Source: Pseudomonadota bacterium (lineage in GTDB: Bacteria; Pseudomonadota; Alphaproteobacteria; Sphingomonadales; Sphingomonadaceae). Taken from it: 38,418 bases of DNA. Shown here one piece after another: positions 19,545-28,067 of this stretch (position 1 is its first letter; every line of letters starts with the position of its first letter). The stretch covers positions 1-38,418 of the forward strand of contig JAKOWQ010000392.1 of NCBI GenBank assembly GCA_029781465.1, read 5' to 3'. A model generated the notes under the pieces. The model ran no database searches and had not been told where the DNA came from. It worked only from the letters and a program-made list of their open reading frames with translations. Position numbers and translations under genes: made by a program.

Positions 19545-20356
19545 TGGTCTTCAAGGTCCACGACATCGATGAGACCCAGGCTCCGTTGCTCGATCACCTG
19601 ATCGAGCTGCGCACCCGGCTCCTGCGGGCGATCGCGGCGCTGATCGTAGCCTTTTGCGTCTGCCTCTATTTCGCCAGCGACATCTTCGGGTTCCTGGTCC
19701 GCCCCCTGACCGAGGCCTTTCCGCCCGGGCAGGGCAAGCTGGTTTACACCAAGCTTTATGAGGCGTTCTTCGTCGAGCTCAAGGTGGCGCTGTTCGCGGC
19801 TTTCTTCGTCAGCTTTCCGGTGATCGCCAACCAGTTGTGGGCCTTCATCGCGCCGGGGCTTTATGCCAAGGAAAAGAAGGCGTTCCTGCCGTTCCTGTTC
19901 TGGACTCCGGTGCTGTTCACCGCCGGTGGGGCGCTGGCCTATTACGTGGTGATGCCCACGGCCTTCAAATGGATGCTGGGCTTTCAGGGCCAGAAGGGCG
20001 GGCTCGATGTCGAGGCGCTTCCGGCTGCCGGGGACTACCTTGGCCTGGTGATGCAGTTCATCCTCGCCTTCGGGATCAGCTTTCTGCTGCCGGTGCTGCT
20101 GCTGCTGCTCAACCGTGCGGGAATTGTCAGCCGCACTCAGCTGGCCGGAATGCGGCGCTATGTGATCGTTGCGATCACTGCGGTCGCGGCGGTGATAACC
20201 CCGCCCGATCTGCTCAGCCAGATCCTGCTGCTGGTGCCGATGGTGATTCTGTTCGAGGGTTCGCTGCTGATCATGTGGCTGGGCGAACGCCGCGAGGCAA
20301 AGGAGGCCGCAGCCGAAGTCAGTTCCGCTTCGCCTCCCACGCCAGACGGCCATTGA
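19544..20356 (+). CDS. tatC: Twin-arginine translocase TatC
   Basis: LLDHLIELRTRL, QLWAFIAPGLY, ITPPD; multiple TM helices. Confidence 0.96.
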   Translation: MVFKVHDIDETQAPLLDHLIELRTRLLRAIAALIVAFCVCLYFASDIFGFLVRPLTEAFPPGQGKLVYTKLYEAFFVELKVALFAAFFVSFPVIANQLWAFIAPGLYAKEKKAFLPFLFWTPVLFTAGGALAYYVVMPTAFKWMLGFQGQKGGLDVEALPAAGDYLGLVMQFILAFGISFLLPVLLLLLNRAGIVSRTQLAGMRRYVIVAITAVAAVITPPDLLSQILLLVPMVILFEGSLLIMWLGERREAKEAAAEVSSASPPTPDGH

Positions 20357-21980
20357 CCCAGGCCTGAAGCACCCGGGTCTGGCGCAGGCTTGATGGGCCT
20401 TCCAGCATCGGATCGCGGTCGACCAGCAGGAAATCGGCACGCTCGCCCACTACCAGGCGGCCAAAGCGCCCCTCGGCGAACCCGGCATAGGCACCGCCTG
20501 CGGTATAGGCCGCCAGCGCCTCTTCGCGGGTGACGCGTTCCTGCGGCTGCCAGCCGCCGAGCGGCTCGCTGTCGGGCCCCTGGCGGGTGATCGCTGCGGC
20601 AAGACCGGCAAAGGGATCGGGCAGCTCGACCGGGGCATCGGAACCGAAAGCCAGCCTGGAGCCCGCCGCTTCCATTGCATGCCAGGCATAGGCCCCTGCC
20701 AGCCGGTCCGGTCCGAGCCGCGCCTCGGCCATCAGCCGGTCGCTGGTCTGGTGCACAGGCTGCATCGAGGCGATGATCCCGTTCCTGCCAAAGCGCGCGA
20801 TGTCCGCCGGATCGACGATCTGGGCATGCTCGATCCGCCAGCGCCGGTCGCCGCCATAGGTTGGGGCAAGATCCTCGATCGCGGCCAGCACCGCGGCGTT
20901 GCCCTCATCGCCGATGGCATGGACCGCAACCTGGAAATGATCGAGCGCGGCGCGGCTCATCATGTTCTTCAGCGCGGTATCGCCGGTGATCCTCAGCCCT
21001 TTGGTGCCCGGCGCATCGGCGTAGGGCGCCTTGAGGCTGGCCCCGCGCGAGCCAAGCGCGCCATCGGCGTAAAGCTTGACCCCGTTGAGCCGCAGCCGGT
21101 CTTCATAGAGCCAGGGGGTCGGCCCCGGTCCGCCGATCAGCACGGTATCCTCGATCCCGTGGCCATAGGCCATGATCCGGATTCTGAGCGTGCCATTGTC
21201 GCCCGCGCGGCGATAGGTCTGCCAGTCCTCGATCGTGGTGCCCATGTCGGCAGCGGCAGTCACCCCGCGGCGAAGCAGCTCGTCCTGCGCGGTGGCAAAG
21301 GCCAGGTCGCGGTCTTCGGGGCGCGGCGCGGGCACGGCCTTGTCGACCAGTGCCGAGGCATTGTCGACGAATACGCCCGCCGGCTTGCCGGTTGCCGCCA
21401 CCCGTTCGATCTTGCCCCCGGCCGGGTCTTTGGTCGCGGCGGTAACGGCAGCCAGTTCGATTGCCTTGCTGTTGGCCCAGCCGGCATGGCCATCGACCCT
21501 CTCGAGCCAGACCGGGCGGTCCGGCACCACCGCGTCGAGCTCGGCAGCGGTGGGAAAGCGCTTTTCGGGCCACAGCTCCTGGTTCCAGCCGCGTCCGAGA
21601 ATCCACGGCAGGTTGGGGTGCGCCTTGGCATAGGCGCCGATCATGTCGAGCGCTTCGCCCAGCGAGCGCGCGGCGTTGAGATCGAGCGAGAGCGCGGCGA
21701 AACCCACCCCCATGACGTGGGCGTGGCTGTCGATCAGCCCCGGCATCAGGTAGCGACCCTTGCCGTCAATCTTGTAATCGACTTTCTGCGGACGGGGGTC
21801 GCCCCGGTGCAGCACCTTCACGATCCGCCCGTCGGGACCAATCACCAGCCCGGTAAAGTGGTCAACCGCGTTGCTTGCATCGAGCGTCACACCGTCGACA
21901 TTGTCGACCAGGGTATCGGCGAGGGCGGGGGTGCCAACCGCGAACAGCAGCGCGGCACTGGCAAGGAAAACAGGCTTCAT
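20319..21980 (-). CDS. Exported amidohydrolase (amidohydrolase 3 / YtcJ-like)
   Basis: PGLIDSHAH, DGALGSRGA, HAIGD, RIEHAQ, GSDAPV. Real start is ATG 21980 (MKPVFLASAALL signal peptide), coupled to the upstream gene by an ATGA overlap. Confidence 0.9.
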   Translation of the reverse strand: MKPVFLASAALLFAVGTPALADTLVDNVDGVTLDASNAVDHFTGLVIGPDGRIVKVLHRGDPRPQKVDYKIDGKGRYLMPGLIDSHAHVMGVGFAALSLDLNAARSLGEALDMIGAYAKAHPNLPWILGRGWNQELWPEKRFPTAAELDAVVPDRPVWLERVDGHAGWANSKAIELAAVTAATKDPAGGKIERVAATGKPAGVFVDNASALVDKAVPAPRPEDRDLAFATAQDELLRRGVTAAADMGTTIEDWQTYRRAGDNGTLRIRIMAYGHGIEDTVLIGGPGPTPWLYEDRLRLNGVKLYADGALGSRGASLKAPYADAPGTKGLRITGDTALKNMMSRAALDHFQVAVHAIGDEGNAAVLAAIEDLAPTYGGDRRWRIEHAQIVDPADIARFGRNGIIASMQPVHQTSDRLMAEARLGPDRLAGAYAWHAMEAAGSRLAFGSDAPVELPDPFAGLAAAITRQGPDSEPLGGWQPQERVTREEALAAYTAGGAYAGFAEGRFGRLVVGERADFLLVDRDPMLEGPSSLRQTRVLQAWVNGRLAWEAKRN

Positions 21981-22873
21981 GACTTGCTCCGGCGGGGCAG
22001 GCGGCGGACCAGCGCGGAGGTATCCTGCCTCCCGCCGCCCATCGCCTGGACTTCGGCATAAAACTGGTCGATCAGCGCGGCGACCGGCAACGAGACACCC
22101 AGCGAGCGGCCTTCTTCCAGCGCCAGTCCCATGTCCTTGCGCATCCAGTCGATCGCGAAGCCGAAATCGAACTCGTCCCGGCACATGGTCTGCCAGCGGT
22201 TGTCCATCTGCCAGCTTTGCGAAGCCCCGCCCGAAATCGCCTGATAGACCTTGTCGAGATCGAGGTGCGCGGCCTCGGCAAAACGCAGCGCCTCGGACAG
22301 CGTGGCAAGAATTCCGGAAAAGGCGATCTGGTTGACCATCTTGGTGGTCTGCCCGGCGCCCGCCTTGCCGACATGGACGATGCGCTTGGTATAGCATTCC
22401 ATCACCGGGCGCGCGGCCTCGATCGCATCCTCGCGCCCGCCGCACATCACCGTCAGCTGGCCGTTCTCGGCCCCGGCCTGGCCGCCGGTTACGGGGGCAT
22501 CGACACAGTGAACCATCAAGTCGCGCGCTTCGACCGCGATCTGGCGGGCGATCCGGGCCGAAACCGTGGTGTGATCGATGAACACCGCGCCGGGCCGCGC
22601 GGTGGTGAAAACCCCCGTCGGGCCCAGCACGACATCGGCCAGGTCATCGTCGTTGCCCACGCAGGTCAGCACCACATCGGCGCCCTCGGCGGCTTCGGCG
22701 GGGCTTGTCGCCACCCGCACGGCAAGGCCGGGGTTGGCCTGCTGCCATTTCTCGGCCCGCGCCGGTGTGCGGTTGTAGATCGTCAGGCGATGGCCTGCCG
22801 CGGCGATGTGCCGCGCGATCGCGCCGCCCATCACGCCCAGGCCCAGGAAGGATACGTTCTTGGCTTCGGTCAT
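21977..22873 (-). CDS. NAD(P)-dependent oxidoreductase, 3-hydroxyisobutyrate dehydrogenase family
   Basis: FLGLGVMG, DAPVTGG, GAGQTTKMVNQ, KDMGLA. Confidence 0.9.
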   Translation of the reverse strand: MTEAKNVSFLGLGVMGGAIARHIAAAGHRLTIYNRTPARAEKWQQANPGLAVRVATSPAEAAEGADVVLTCVGNDDDLADVVLGPTGVFTTARPGAVFIDHTTVSARIARQIAVEARDLMVHCVDAPVTGGQAGAENGQLTVMCGGREDAIEAARPVMECYTKRIVHVGKAGAGQTTKMVNQIAFSGILATLSEALRFAEAAHLDLDKVYQAISGGASQSWQMDNRWQTMCRDEFDFGFAIDWMRKDMGLALEEGRSLGVSLPVAALIDQFYAEVQAMGGGRQDTSALVRRLPRRSKS

Positions 22874-22912
22874 GCCCCGTCTTTAGACGCTTGGGGCCGC
22901 AAATCCAGCCGC

Positions 22913-23416
22913 TCAGTTGTATTCGAGATAAACCGAGAAATCGCCGCTGTAGGTGCCGGGGGCCTGGTTGGCGTTGACGTAGAGCTTGGCGCCGAAACGG
23001 ACCACGGCCTCGCCCCCGGTCAATTGCACCACCGTTCCGGGACCGCCGGGGAACTGCGGCTCGGCCACCATCGGATCGCCCGGGCCGGTAAGCAGGAAGG
23101 TGGGCGAGAAGTTGACCTGCACAAAGGCATCGGAACCGGTCAGCCTGAGCTGCGAGGCGGCAAAGGCACCGGTGCAGATCAGCGTCGGATCGCAGGCGCG
23201 CCCGGCATTGGGATCGAGATCGAGCACACCCGCGGACCCGTTCGAGACGACCTTGCCGAAGTTCATGTCGAGCAGGACCGCGAACTGGATTTCCTCCAGC
23301 ACCTGGGCGTTGACACCGGCGACCTGCGTCGCCCCGGCATGGGCCGGTGCGGGGGCGAGCGCCGCCATTGCGGCACCCAGGGCCGCCGGTCGCAGCGCTT
23401 TCGTGAAGATGCTCAA
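22913..23416 (-). CDS. Secreted beta-rich protein, DUF4402-like (fimbrial-subunit-like)
   Basis: Signal peptide ending AHA, DMNFG motif, Cys pair, C-terminal PGTYSGDFSVYLEYN; TTG start. Confidence 0.7.
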   Translation of the reverse strand: MSIFTKALRPAALGAAMAALAPAPAHAGATQVAGVNAQVLEEIQFAVLLDMNFGKVVSNGSAGVLDLDPNAGRACDPTLICTGAFAASQLRLTGSDAFVQVNFSPTFLLTGPGDPMVAEPQFPGGPGTVVQLTGGEAVVRFGAKLYVNANQAPGTYSGDFSVYLEYN

Positions 23417-23575
23417 ATCCCCGCTCCCCCCGGCCGATGCAAACCCCGGCCTGTGTCCGGCAATAGAACGATTGAATGGCAGGTTGGGAAACAGACGTGC
23501 TTAACGGAATATTCCCTCGCGCCGTGCTCCCAAGCCGTTTGCATGGCCATTCGCTTTGGTTTACGGCGCGCCGCG

Positions 23576-24826
23576 ATGGACAAGCCGCTTTCCCCGGAAT
23601 CTGCGAGCCACGCTGCTCTGCTTGGCATTGACGATGTGCGCGCGGCGGCTGGGCGGATCGAGGGCGCGGTGGTGCGTACCGCGATGGATTACAGCCGTAC
23701 CCTGTCCGAGATAACCGGGGCGGATATCTGGCTCAAGTTCGAGAACCTCCAGTTCACCGCCGCCTACAAGGAACGCGGTGCGCTCAACGCGATCCTGATG
23801 CTTGGGGGGGACAAGGCCAACCGCGGGGTGATCGCCGCATCGGCCGGCAACCATGCCCAGGGGCTGTCCTATCACGGCACCCGGCTTGGCGTGCCGGTGA
23901 CGATCGTCATGCCGCGCACCACCCCGACGGTGAAGGTGATGCAGACCGAGGCGGTGGGCGGCAAGGTGGTACTCGAAGGCGAGACCTTCGATGAGGCCTA
24001 TGCCCATGCCCGCAAGCTCGAGGACGAGTTGGGGCTGACCTTTGTCCATCCCTTCGACGATCCCCATGTCGCCGCCGGGCAGGGCACCGTGGCGCTGGAA
24101 ATGTTGGAAGAGGTTCCCGATCTCGAGATGCTGGTGATCCCGGTCGGGGGGGGCGGGCTGGCTTCGGGAATGGGGGTGGCTGCGCGGGCGATCAAGCCCG
24201 ACATCGCGCTGATCGGGGTTGAGGCCGAGTTGTTTCCCTCGATGTACAACCGGCTCAAGCACAACGAGCTGCCCTGCGGCGGGGATACCCTGGCCGAGGG
24301 AATCGCGGTGAAAGAGCCTGGTGAGTTCACCTCGGCGGTGCTGCGCAGGCTGCTCGACGACATGGTGCTGGTCAGCGAAAGCGCGCTTGAGCGCGCGGTC
24401 TCGCTGCTGCTGCAGATCGAAAAGACCGTGGTCGAGGGCGCGGGCGCGGCGGGGCTGGCAGCGGTGCTGGCCCATCCGGCGCGCTTCAAGGGCCGCAAGA
24501 TCGGCATTCCGATCACCGGCGGCAACATCGACACCCGTCTGCTCGCCAACGTGCTGCTGCGCGATCTGGCCCGCTCGGGGCGCCTCGCCCGCCTGCGCCT
24601 GACGTTGCAGGATCGTCCTGGCGCGCTGTTCAAGGTGATGCGCGAGTTCGATCGTCACAACGTCAACATCATCGAGATCTACCACCAGCGGATCTTCACG
24701 CACCTGCCCGCCAAGGGACTGATTACCGACATCGAGTGCGAGGCGCGCGACAAGGACCAGCTTGACGCACTGGTCGAAACCCTGCGCGAAAAGGGTTACG
24801 CGGTCGATCAGGTCGAGCTTAACTAA
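23576..24826 (+). CDS. ilvA: Threonine ammonia-lyase with C-terminal ACT domain
   Basis: KFENLQFTAAYKERGA (PLP lysine), SAGNHAQG, VGGGGL, ACT-like DRPGAL. Start set at ATG 23576; the upstream part of the 869-aa ORF is antisense to other genes. Confidence 0.88.
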   Translation: MDKPLSPESASHAALLGIDDVRAAAGRIEGAVVRTAMDYSRTLSEITGADIWLKFENLQFTAAYKERGALNAILMLGGDKANRGVIAASAGNHAQGLSYHGTRLGVPVTIVMPRTTPTVKVMQTEAVGGKVVLEGETFDEAYAHARKLEDELGLTFVHPFDDPHVAAGQGTVALEMLEEVPDLEMLVIPVGGGGLASGMGVAARAIKPDIALIGVEAELFPSMYNRLKHNELPCGGDTLAEGIAVKEPGEFTSAVLRRLLDDMVLVSESALERAVSLLLQIEKTVVEGAGAAGLAAVLAHPARFKGRKIGIPITGGNIDTRLLANVLLRDLARSGRLARLRLTLQDRPGALFKVMREFDRHNVNIIEIYHQRIFTHLPAKGLITDIECEARDKDQLDALVETLREKGYAVDQVELN

Positions 24827-24888
24827 GCACCCTGGCGCTGTCCCGTTTTGCGCCCGCAACCCCGCAGCCTTGCGCTGCGCTGTGCAAA

Positions 24889-24932
24889 TTAAGCATCGGC
24901 TAACCGTGTTTTGTAGTTAAAAAGCTTTCAAC
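24889..24932 (+). promoter_or_regulatory. Two tandem CtrA-like boxes upstream of the aminoacyl-transferase gene
   Basis: TTAA-GCATCGG-CTAAC (24889-24904) and TTAA-AAAGCTT-TCAAC (24917-24932); each has one mismatch to TTAA-N7-TTAAC. Confidence 0.5.
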
Positions 24933-24990
24933 GCCGCATGGCGCTGGGCATAGTGCCTGGCGTTATCTGACCAGAGGACTCGCCCCGCCC

Positions 24991-25845
24991 GTGACGGCCC
25001 CCGTTCGTTTTCCCCGGTTCTTCGTCACCAGCGCGGCACCGTGCCCCTATTTGCCGGGCAGGAGCGAGCGCAAGGTGTTCACAGAGCTGCGCGGCGATCA
25101 TGCCGATCAGCTCAACGATGCGCTGGGCCGGATCGGGTTTCGCCGCAGCCAGACGGTGGCCTATCGCCCCAGCTGTGTCGATTGCGCCGCCTGTGTTTCG
25201 GTGCGGGTGGTGGCGGGCGAATTCCGCCCTTCCTCGACGCAGAAGCGCAATCTCAAGCGCAATTCCGACCTGGTGGCGACAGTCTGCCGCCCGTGGTCGA
25301 CGGTCGAGCAGTTCGAGCTGCTGCAACGCTACCTCGGCGCCCGTCACCCCGGCGGGGGCATGGCGAACATGGACGAGGTCGATTTTGCCGACATGGTCGA
25401 ACACACCCCGGTCGATACCTGGGTGATCGAATACCGCGAGCCGACCATTGATGGATCGCCCGGCCGTCTGGTCGGCGCCTGCCTGACCGATCGGCAGGGC
25501 GATGGCCTGTCGATGATCTACAGCTTCTACGAGACCGATGAGACCAACCGCACCGGGCTTGGCAATTACATCATCCTCGATCACATCCGCCGCGCTGCCG
25601 CCGAAGGCCTGCCTTTCGTTTACCTTGGCTATTGGGTCGAAGGATCGGCGCGGATGCAGTACAAGGTCCGTTATCGCCCGCTCGAGCGGCTGAGCCGCGA
25701 TGGCTGGGTGCGCCTCGGCGATGCCGAGCACGATCGCCTGATCGCCCAGGCCGCAGCGATGCGCCGCAGCGATGCCGATCCGCTCGACGGCAGCACCAAG
25801 GATGGCGCCCACGGCGGCCAGGTGCAGTACCGGGTCGACGGCTGA
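24991..25845 (+). CDS. ate: Ate/Bpt-family aminoacyl-tRNA--protein transferase (annotated arginyltransferase; Asp/Glu-specific leucyltransferase type)
   Basis: [41 protein letters not shown] motifs. Confidence 0.92.
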   Translation: MTAPVRFPRFFVTSAAPCPYLPGRSERKVFTELRGDHADQLNDALGRIGFRRSQTVAYRPSCVDCAACVSVRVVAGEFRPSSTQKRNLKRNSDLVATVCRPWSTVEQFELLQRYLGARHPGGGMANMDEVDFADMVEHTPVDTWVIEYREPTIDGSPGRLVGACLTDRQGDGLSMIYSFYETDETNRTGLGNYIILDHIRRAAAEGLPFVYLGYWVEGSARMQYKVRYRPLERLSRDGWVRLGDAEHDRLIAQAAAMRRSDADPLDGSTKDGAHGGQVQYRVDG

Positions 25846-25849
25846 AACG

Positions 25850-25877
25850 AAAAGCCCCTCCGCAAGGGGAGGGGCTT
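25850..25877. terminator. Terminator hairpin between the convergent ate and aldehyde dehydrogenase genes
   Basis: AAGCCCCTCC-GCAAGG-GGAGGGGCTT perfect 10-bp stem; short T-run on the minus strand. Confidence 0.78.
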
Positions 25878-25900
25878 CGCGTTTCCGGCTGGTGCCGGGA

Positions 25901-27325
25901 TCAGGCCGGCAGGCCCGAGATTGACTTCATTTCCATGAAATCCTTGAGCCCGGCCAGGCCGCCCTCGCGGCCGTTGCCGCTCTGCTTGTAACCGCCGAAC
26001 GGGGCGCCGGGGCTGGGGCCCCAGTTGTTGATCGCGACCATGCCCGCGCGCAGCTTGGGCGCGACGCTTGCGGCCTTGGCCGGATCGCCGGTGATCGCGG
26101 CGGAAAGGCCGTATTCCGTGGCATTGGCGAGCTCGATCCCCTGATCGAGATCGTCGTAGGTCATGATCGTGGCGACCGGGCCGAAGATTTCCTCCTGCGC
26201 GATCCGCATGTCGGGGGTGACGCCCGAGAACACCGTCGGCTGGATGTAATAGCCGCGGTTGACGCCTGCGGGCAGATCGGTGCCGCCGGTTTCCAGCGTC
26301 GCGCCCTGATCGATCGCCGACTGGATCAGCTCGCGCACCTTGTCATACTGCGCCTTGTTGACCACCGGGCCGAGGTGCTGGCCTTCGGCCATCGGATCGC
26401 CGACGGGGGTGTGCGAATACATGTTCTTGTAGAACGCCACCACCTCGGCCTCGCGGTCCTTGGCGACCAGGACCTTGGTGGGCGAGATGCACGATTGCCC
26501 GGTGTTGACCAGCGGCCCCATCGCCACGGCGGGGAGCTGGGTGGCCAGATCGGCATCGGGCAGGACCAGGTTGGGGCTCTTGCCGCCCAGTTCCTGGTGC
26601 ACGCGCTTGACCGTCGGCGCGGCGGCGATCGCCACCGCGATGCCGGCGCGGGTCGAGCCGGTGAAGCTGACCATTTCGATATCGGGGTGCGAGCTGATCG
26701 CATTGCCGGTGGTCGGCCCATCGCCCTGGACGAGGTTGAACACCCCCGGCGGCACGCCCGCCGCGTCAAGGATCTCGGCAAAGATCTTGGCATTGGTGGG
26801 GCATTCTTCCGAGGGTTTGAGTACCATCGTGTTGCCCGCCGCCAGCGCCGGGGCGACCTTGAGCGCGATCTGGTTGAGCGGCCAGTTCCACGGCGTAATC
26901 ATGCCGACCACCCCGATCGGTTCATAGGCAACCTTGAAGCCGGGGCCGTCTTCCATGAAGCTGAAGTCCTTGAGCGCGGCGATCGTGCCCGTGAAGCCGC
27001 CGATTCCGGCGCCGACCTGCGCGGTCGCGGCGAAGGAAAGCGGCGCGCCCATTTCCTCGGCCATCGCGGCGGCGAGATCGCCGGTGCGCTTCTTGTACTC
27101 CTCGATGATCCGCCCCAGCACCGCGAGCCGTTCCTCGCGGGTGGTCTGGCTCCAGCTCTTGAAGGCACGGCGCGCGGCGGCGACGGCCTTGTCGACATCG
27201 GCCTTGGTGCCGACGCTGATCACGGCGCAGGGTTCCTCGGTGGCGGGATTGATGACCTCGCGGCGCACGCCGCCCTCGCTGTCCACCCATTTGCCGTCGA
27301 TGTAGTGTTGCAGCAGCTCGCGCAT
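25901..27325 (-). CDS. Aldehyde dehydrogenase family protein
   Basis: ITPWNWP, FTGST, ELGGK, catalytic GQSC, EEIFGP, PFGGYKQSGNGRE. Start ATG 27325 with GGAG RBS. Confidence 0.95.
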   Translation of the reverse strand: MRELLQHYIDGKWVDSEGGVRREVINPATEEPCAVISVGTKADVDKAVAAARRAFKSWSQTTREERLAVLGRIIEEYKKRTGDLAAAMAEEMGAPLSFAATAQVGAGIGGFTGTIAALKDFSFMEDGPGFKVAYEPIGVVGMITPWNWPLNQIALKVAPALAAGNTMVLKPSEECPTNAKIFAEILDAAGVPPGVFNLVQGDGPTTGNAISSHPDIEMVSFTGSTRAGIAVAIAAAPTVKRVHQELGGKSPNLVLPDADLATQLPAVAMGPLVNTGQSCISPTKVLVAKDREAEVVAFYKNMYSHTPVGDPMAEGQHLGPVVNKAQYDKVRELIQSAIDQGATLETGGTDLPAGVNRGYYIQPTVFSGVTPDMRIAQEEIFGPVATIMTYDDLDQGIELANATEYGLSAAITGDPAKAASVAPKLRAGMVAINNWGPSPGAPFGGYKQSGNGREGGLAGLKDFMEMKSISGLPA

Positions 27326-27412
27326 CCTCGAATCTCCCTTAATGGACCGGTTAACCCAGGGTATTTCGGGTTCGCGGGGAAAGATTGCAAGCTGCAATCG
27401 ATACGGCGCGGC

Positions 27413-27934
27413 TCAGTTGCGACGATAGAGCGCGGCCTCGGCGGCGCGGCGGCGGGTCAGCCCGGCGAGGACGCGCCCGCCGGCGCGGTTCCAGCGGGCG
27501 AATTCCTGCGCGGCGCGCCCGAAATCTCCGGCCTTGTGCAGCCGGGTCAAGGTGGCACGGGCGATCGCGCCGGTGTTGTAGTGAAAGCTGACCAGGGCAT
27601 CGAACTGGTTCTGGCTGGTCAGGGCCTGGCCGATCGCGCGGTGCACCTCGCGCTCAAAGCGTTCGAGATCGCTGGCCATGCGCGCATCGCATTGGTCCCG
27701 CGTCCAGACCGTGCCCGGCCCGATACCCGCCCCGGTGGCGCCCCAGCCGATGGTCCAGGGCGCCCCGCCGGTGCCGGGATCGGGATAGGCCTCATAGCAG
27801 CCGTCGGCGCGCCTTCTGGCGCAGCTCTCGAACTGGCGGATCAACGCAAGGCCGGCCGGCCCGGTGCGCGGGGGCGGGGGGGGATTTGCGCCAGGCGGCG
27901 GGGCAAGCGCATCTGGGGAGGTTTCAGGTTGCAT
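27413..27934 (-). CDS. Phage-type lysozyme (GH24 muramidase), stand-alone
   Basis: GLALIRQFES...AYPDP..WTIGWG, QNQFDALVSFHYNTG, EFARW, GLTRRRAAEAALY. Start taken at ATG 27934. Confidence 0.88.
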   Translation of the reverse strand: MQPETSPDALAPPPGANPPPPPRTGPAGLALIRQFESCARRRADGCYEAYPDPGTGGAPWTIGWGATGAGIGPGTVWTRDQCDARMASDLERFEREVHRAIGQALTSQNQFDALVSFHYNTGAIARATLTRLHKAGDFGRAAQEFARWNRAGGRVLAGLTRRRAAEAALYRRN

Positions 27935-28067
27935 GTGGGCAGCCTCGCGTCGGAATCGAGGCCCAGCAATTAGGCAGGTTTGCGCCATGTAGGAAAATGG
28001 AAATCGCGCAATTTCACCGGCCCGAATGGCAAACGCGAAATTAACCTTGTTATGGCATCCGGGCGCC

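Noticed and set aside
21981-22445. N-terminal extension of the 708-aa amidohydrolase ORF
   Set aside because: Alternative frame of the upstream dehydrogenase gene; the signal peptide and ATGA coupling mark 21980 as the start.
22217-23575. N-terminal 453 codons of the 869-aa ORF
   Set aside because: Antisense to the oxidoreductase and DUF4402-like genes; recognisable dehydratase sequence starts only at ATG 23576.
27339-27356. TTAA-N8-TTAACC upstream of the aldehyde dehydrogenase as a CtrA box
   Set aside because: Spacer is 8 nt rather than 7; at most a half-site.
27413-27934. Prophage around the lysozyme
   Set aside because: No integrase, holin, structural or replication genes nearby, and the composition is host-like.
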